This document shows positions 61,054-64,000 of a stretch of 64,000 nt of DNA, in pieces. The stretch lies in contig DATIIB010000007.1 of NCBI GenBank assembly GCA_035480055.1, positions 4,360-68,359 of the forward strand, given 5' to 3'. The notes beneath the pieces are model-generated. The model was given only the letters and a program-made list of their open reading frames with translations, was not told the DNA's origin and ran no database searches. The stretch comes from Candidatus Saccharimonadales bacterium (GTDB lineage Bacteria; Patescibacteriota; Saccharimonadia; Saccharimonadales; DASZAF01). The first letter of the stretch is position 1. Every line of letters starts with the position of its first letter. Made by a program: the position numbers and the translations under genes.

Positions 61054-62937
61054 CTATTCAATATCAGGAATGTCCGCCCTACCATACCAGTCCCGGAGGC
61101 GTCTGACAAATGCTCGAGTTCTATCAGGACCAAAACTATCTTCATAAGCTTTTAAGTACGCTTCGCCTTCGTAAGGAAATGGTTGACCTTCCTCCCACCT
61201 ATCCCCAATTGCAGCAGTACCGATTGGGTGCAAGAATCGACCGGTCACTTCATCTATCGTCAACCTGACGCCCGTTCTTGCCGCGCTAAGTATCGTAAAA
61301 CCTCTGCCAATATCGTAATCAAGTCCCTCGGGCCAGAGTTTTTCACCCGCCATGGCTGCATAGGCTCTCACAAGGTCACTAAAGTGCTCGATGGGAATAA
61401 ACCTCCTCTGCTCCGGTGTCATTTCCTCAAATGGTTCACCTATTACAGGCTCGACGATGAGTGCATCGCGGAGCCCATCTGACGTAGGATCAGAAACATA
61501 CTTTATCACTTGCTTGACGTCCTCTTGCAGTCCATCTACGCCCTTTACCAGCCAGAGGCCACTAAACTCGAGTTGGGTAGACGTAAGTCTAGTATTACGA
61601 TACAGCTCCATCTGCTTTCCACCTTCTGTGTTAAAGACAAGCGCCTCACGCCTTTGGCGTACAAAACCGGGGATGTTCTCTGGACTTATTCCCTTAGTTA
61701 AGGCATCGTCAATGGCGTTCATTTGGGCAATATATCTTTGTGTTTGTTCCATGTCTTCTATGCCCTCACGGATACCAATAAGACCATCTCGCACACGCCC
61801 CATTACGTGCTCATTGTCACCCGTCCGTTCTTGGCATGCCTCTACAAAGCGCCATGCAGTTTGAGGAAGCGCACCATTTGGCCATTCTTGGGCTTGAAAA
61901 AGTGGCGTCAGGATGGCTAATGCATTTCTCTCAGGCGGCTGATTTCCAGCATCCCCATGCAGATAATCGGTAATCACAAAGCCTTTATCAGAGCTGTAGC
62001 CGATTACTCCTTCTCCCGGGCCAACAATCAACCCGCGGGTTGTCATTGCATCAACGGTCTCGAGGAGTTTCCCGTAATGCTCAAGTGGGATACGTTGTGC
62101 AGCTTCTGGATCCTGCGATAGTTCTTCGAGAGTTGTGTCCCAGGTTTTTTCGATAATCACGCCGCCCAAACCATCTTCGCCTTGAGGCTCCACAAAGTCT
62201 ACCATTTGAGCAAGGCCATCAACTTCGCTTCCTGCGATGACGGCTTCAATATAAGCTGTCGGGTCTTGGGACCCACCTTCAGCAGACGAGCTACCCGACT
62301 CGCTCGCATAAGGTATCTTCAAGATGTTGCCATCTTCGGTTTCAAATTGAAGCTGAGTGGGAGTTTGACCCACGTAATCTTCAAATGCCGCCGGATCTAC
62401 TCCATTTAAAAGCGCTGAGTCTATGGTGATTATTTGCATAGCATACGCTTGATGACGCTCCAGTACTTCGCGTATTCTTCGATCTATCTTGGCTTCGTCT
62501 TCCTCATCGCCTTCTTCACCCTCAAGTCCAGCGTTTGGCGGCTCGCCTTCACCGCCGCCTTCACCGCCTGCTTGTGTCTCGGGGCGGTCTGAAGATTCTG
62601 GGGGAGCTACTGAAGCACCAGGTTGTTGGTCTTCAGGGAGCTGTTCGTCGTCACTAGGACCTTCGGTGGCTGCCAAAACAGGAATGGAAGCAGCAGCATG
62701 TTCTACAGCCACCTCGGCAATGCGTGCAGAGGCTGTCGTTGGAGGTTCTTGTGTCTCAGTTGCCGAAAGAACCTCTTCTTCAAGAACTTCTTGTATGGAG
62801 ATTCCTTCCTCTAGGGCTTCAGTAGTATCTGGAGCAGGAGGCTGGGCGGCATAAGTATCTGACGCCTCTGGAGGCGAGGCTCCCTCGCAAGGATCGAAAG
62901 TTGTATCAGCAGGAAGGAAAGATTCGTAGGGGGACAT
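61054..62937 (-). CDS. Large acidic hypothetical protein (ORFan-like)
   Basis: 627 aa with no signal peptide. The ~150-aa acidic/Pro-rich N-terminus contains QAGGEGGGEGEPPNAGLEGEEGDEEDE, followed by a folded-looking region. No family recognised. Confidence 0.6.
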   Translation of the reverse strand: MSPYESFLPADTTFDPCEGASPPEASDTYAAQPPAPDTTEALEEGISIQEVLEEEVLSATETQEPPTTASARIAEVAVEHAAASIPVLAATEGPSDDEQLPEDQQPGASVAPPESSDRPETQAGGEGGGEGEPPNAGLEGEEGDEEDEAKIDRRIREVLERHQAYAMQIITIDSALLNGVDPAAFEDYVGQTPTQLQFETEDGNILKIPYASESGSSSAEGGSQDPTAYIEAVIAGSEVDGLAQMVDFVEPQGEDGLGGVIIEKTWDTTLEELSQDPEAAQRIPLEHYGKLLETVDAMTTRGLIVGPGEGVIGYSSDKGFVITDYLHGDAGNQPPERNALAILTPLFQAQEWPNGALPQTAWRFVEACQERTGDNEHVMGRVRDGLIGIREGIEDMEQTQRYIAQMNAIDDALTKGISPENIPGFVRQRREALVFNTEGGKQMELYRNTRLTSTQLEFSGLWLVKGVDGLQEDVKQVIKYVSDPTSDGLRDALIVEPVIGEPFEEMTPEQRRFIPIEHFSDLVRAYAAMAGEKLWPEGLDYDIGRGFTILSAARTGVRLTIDEVTGRFLHPIGTAAIGDRWEEGQPFPYEGEAYLKAYEDSFGPDRTRAFVRRLRDWYGRADIPDIE

Positions 62938-62959
62938 GGGAGATAAAGCTACTGCAAGG

Positions 62960-64000
62960 TTACGCTCTTATTTTATCGATAAGCGGCGCGAGTCTCTCGC
63001 GTAGCTTTTGCTCACGCTCGGTAGGATTCTCTATCTTAAGGTCGCTTGTAAGGCCAGATATATACTCTACCATCTGGAAGCCAGCAAGATCTTCTGCTGC
63101 GCGTTGAGCTCGCGCGAATACCGTGCGCTCCTGCGCAGCTCGGTCAGCTCCTGTAGCCGCTTCATCTATAGGAGCGAGGCGTGCCACATAACGGCTGAGG
63201 AGGTGTCGATCCAGCAAGGCATTCGCCCGCTGCGTGCCACCACCGCGCATTACTCTTTGCGCGTTTTCCAACAGAGGAACAGCGGCAGGAATCTTTAGGG
63301 CGTTCTCTCGCTCCGTCTCTATATCATCTACCGGAACTAGTCCCAGGGCGTTTCCGACCCGAAGCGCTCGGCTTGGTCTCATAACCACACCCAATTTCTT
63401 TGGCTTCCCATCCTCAGAGGGTTGCTCGGCGGCGGCCTGCACTCGCAAGCCTATCTGCAATGCTACTCTTCTTTCAGTAAGTTCATCGTACTGTGCTTGT
63501 TGCATTAGGAGATGCCAACTCGTTGCTTTCGCTGTATCAAAAGACTCAAGGTTGGTCACTGCGGCATCAAGCTTTGCTTCAAACTGATCTGCAAGTGTCT
63601 TATCATAAAGCCCTGCGATTCCGCTGAGCACTGTAATTCTATCATCCCACTCAGGTCGTACGGCGCTATAGTTGAGTACTGTTGCTCTATAATTTCCCTC
63701 AAGCCGGTCTGCGGGAAAACCGACAAATTCAACAGTCGCGTTGGGGCTACTCTCTCTTAAACCGTACACTACGGCAGCAACCGCATTGTCATTTCCAACT
63801 GCATCTTCAGCAAGGACAGCACGCACTTGGTCAGGACGCCTATAGTCTTTGAGCGCTTGGGTGTAGGCCTGACCGTACGCCTTTTGATCGAATTCATCCC
63901 TAAACGTCGCTTCATCTGCAAAAAGCACAACATCACACCCCTCAAGCTTCTTAGCTATCTCCCGAGCCGACTCTACAGTTGGCTCGCAGAGGACGCTCCG
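62960..64000 (-). CDS. Hypothetical protein, 5'-truncated by the right window edge
   Basis: The track starts it at GTG 63928, but the frame stays open to position 64000 (…RSVLCEPTVESAREIAKKLEGCDVVLFADEATF…). It lies 22 nt upstream of 61054-62937 on the same strand. No family recognised. Confidence 0.55.
   Translation of the reverse strand, partial: RSVLCEPTVESAREIAKKLEGCDVVLFADEATFRDEFDQKAYGQAYTQALKDYRRPDQVRAVLAEDAVGNDNAVAAVVYGLRESSPNATVEFVGFPADRLEGNYRATVLNYSAVRPEWDDRITVLSGIAGLYDKTLADQFEAKLDAAVTNLESFDTAKATSWHLLMQQAQYDELTERRVALQIGLRVQAAAEQPSEDGKPKKLGVVMRPSRALRVGNALGLVPVDDIETERENALKIPAAVPLLENAQRVMRGGGTQRANALLDRHLLSRYVARLAPIDEAATGADRAAQERTVFARAQRAAEDLAGFQMVEYISGLTSDLKIENPTEREQKLRERLAPLIDKIRA

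Noticed and set aside
1-64000. CRISPR arrays, IS elements or transposases, integrases, rRNA genes
   Set aside because: No short direct-repeat/spacer periodicity, no DDE or tyrosine-recombinase-like ORFs, and no rRNA-like sequence were seen on either strand.

Overview
This is a gene-dense bacterial chromosome segment with about 70 protein genes, one tRNA, and many 1-30 nt overlaps. No rRNA, CRISPR array, transposase or integrase was recognised. TAA, TAG and TGA all terminate well-supported genes, so the genetic code is standard. The gene content suggests a monoderm-type, fermentative organism with an elaborate glycan surface: sortase, an LPXTG-type signal, phosphoketolase plus acetate kinase, eno/gpmA, and many CE4/GT2/GH enzymes. 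That fits a Patescibacteria/Saccharibacteria-like or other Gram-positive-type lineage, but this is inference and cannot be fixed without a database search.

Blocks, left to right:
- 1-4.5 kb: divergent eno and gpmA, DJ-1/PfpI, MFS, HIT and an RRM RNA-binding protein.
- 4.5-18.4 kb: surface-glycan island with four CE4 polysaccharide deacetylases, a GH10, and two processive GT2 synthase operons, each led by a tiny single-pass peptide.
- 18.4-24.3 kb: sortase locus and modular secreted proteins.
- 24.3-30.8 kb: xfp-ackA, a TolB-like lipoprotein and RNase J.
- 31-37 kb: a large acidic ORFan, a HAD-like gene interrupted by an in-frame TAG, and a convergent pair of tail-fibre-like proteins, one with GH16.
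- 37-48 kb: a PadR-ABC-FtsX operon and assorted small enzymes and regulators (ArsR+SRPBCC, Nudix, VOC, TfoX, GH92 and others).
- 48-52 kb: a giant FN3/beta-helix protein and an FG-GAP/M15 peptidase.
- 52-57.2 kb: a lower-G+C cassette near tRNA-Gln.
- 57.8-61 kb: sodX-sodN (Ni-SOD), trmD, a KH protein and rpsP.
- 61-64 kb: two more large ORFans.

The best candidate for an undescribed system is the six-gene, translationally coupled operon at 52913-57148. It encodes a UDP-galactopyranose-mutase-like::dimeric-dUTPase fusion, a divergent ThyX, a mini thymidylate-kinase-like protein, a truncated ThyA-fold protein, a UDG-superfamily protein and a Nudix hydrolase. I read it as a possible non-canonical pyrimidine deoxynucleotide or DNA-base modification pathway.

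The second most interesting item is a 58-aa ORF missing from the supplied track (16210-16386). It consists almost entirely of an LPXTG sorting signal.

All calls come from reading translations and motifs by eye. The ORF track translates GTG and TTG starts as M, so several starts were re-picked and remain uncertain.
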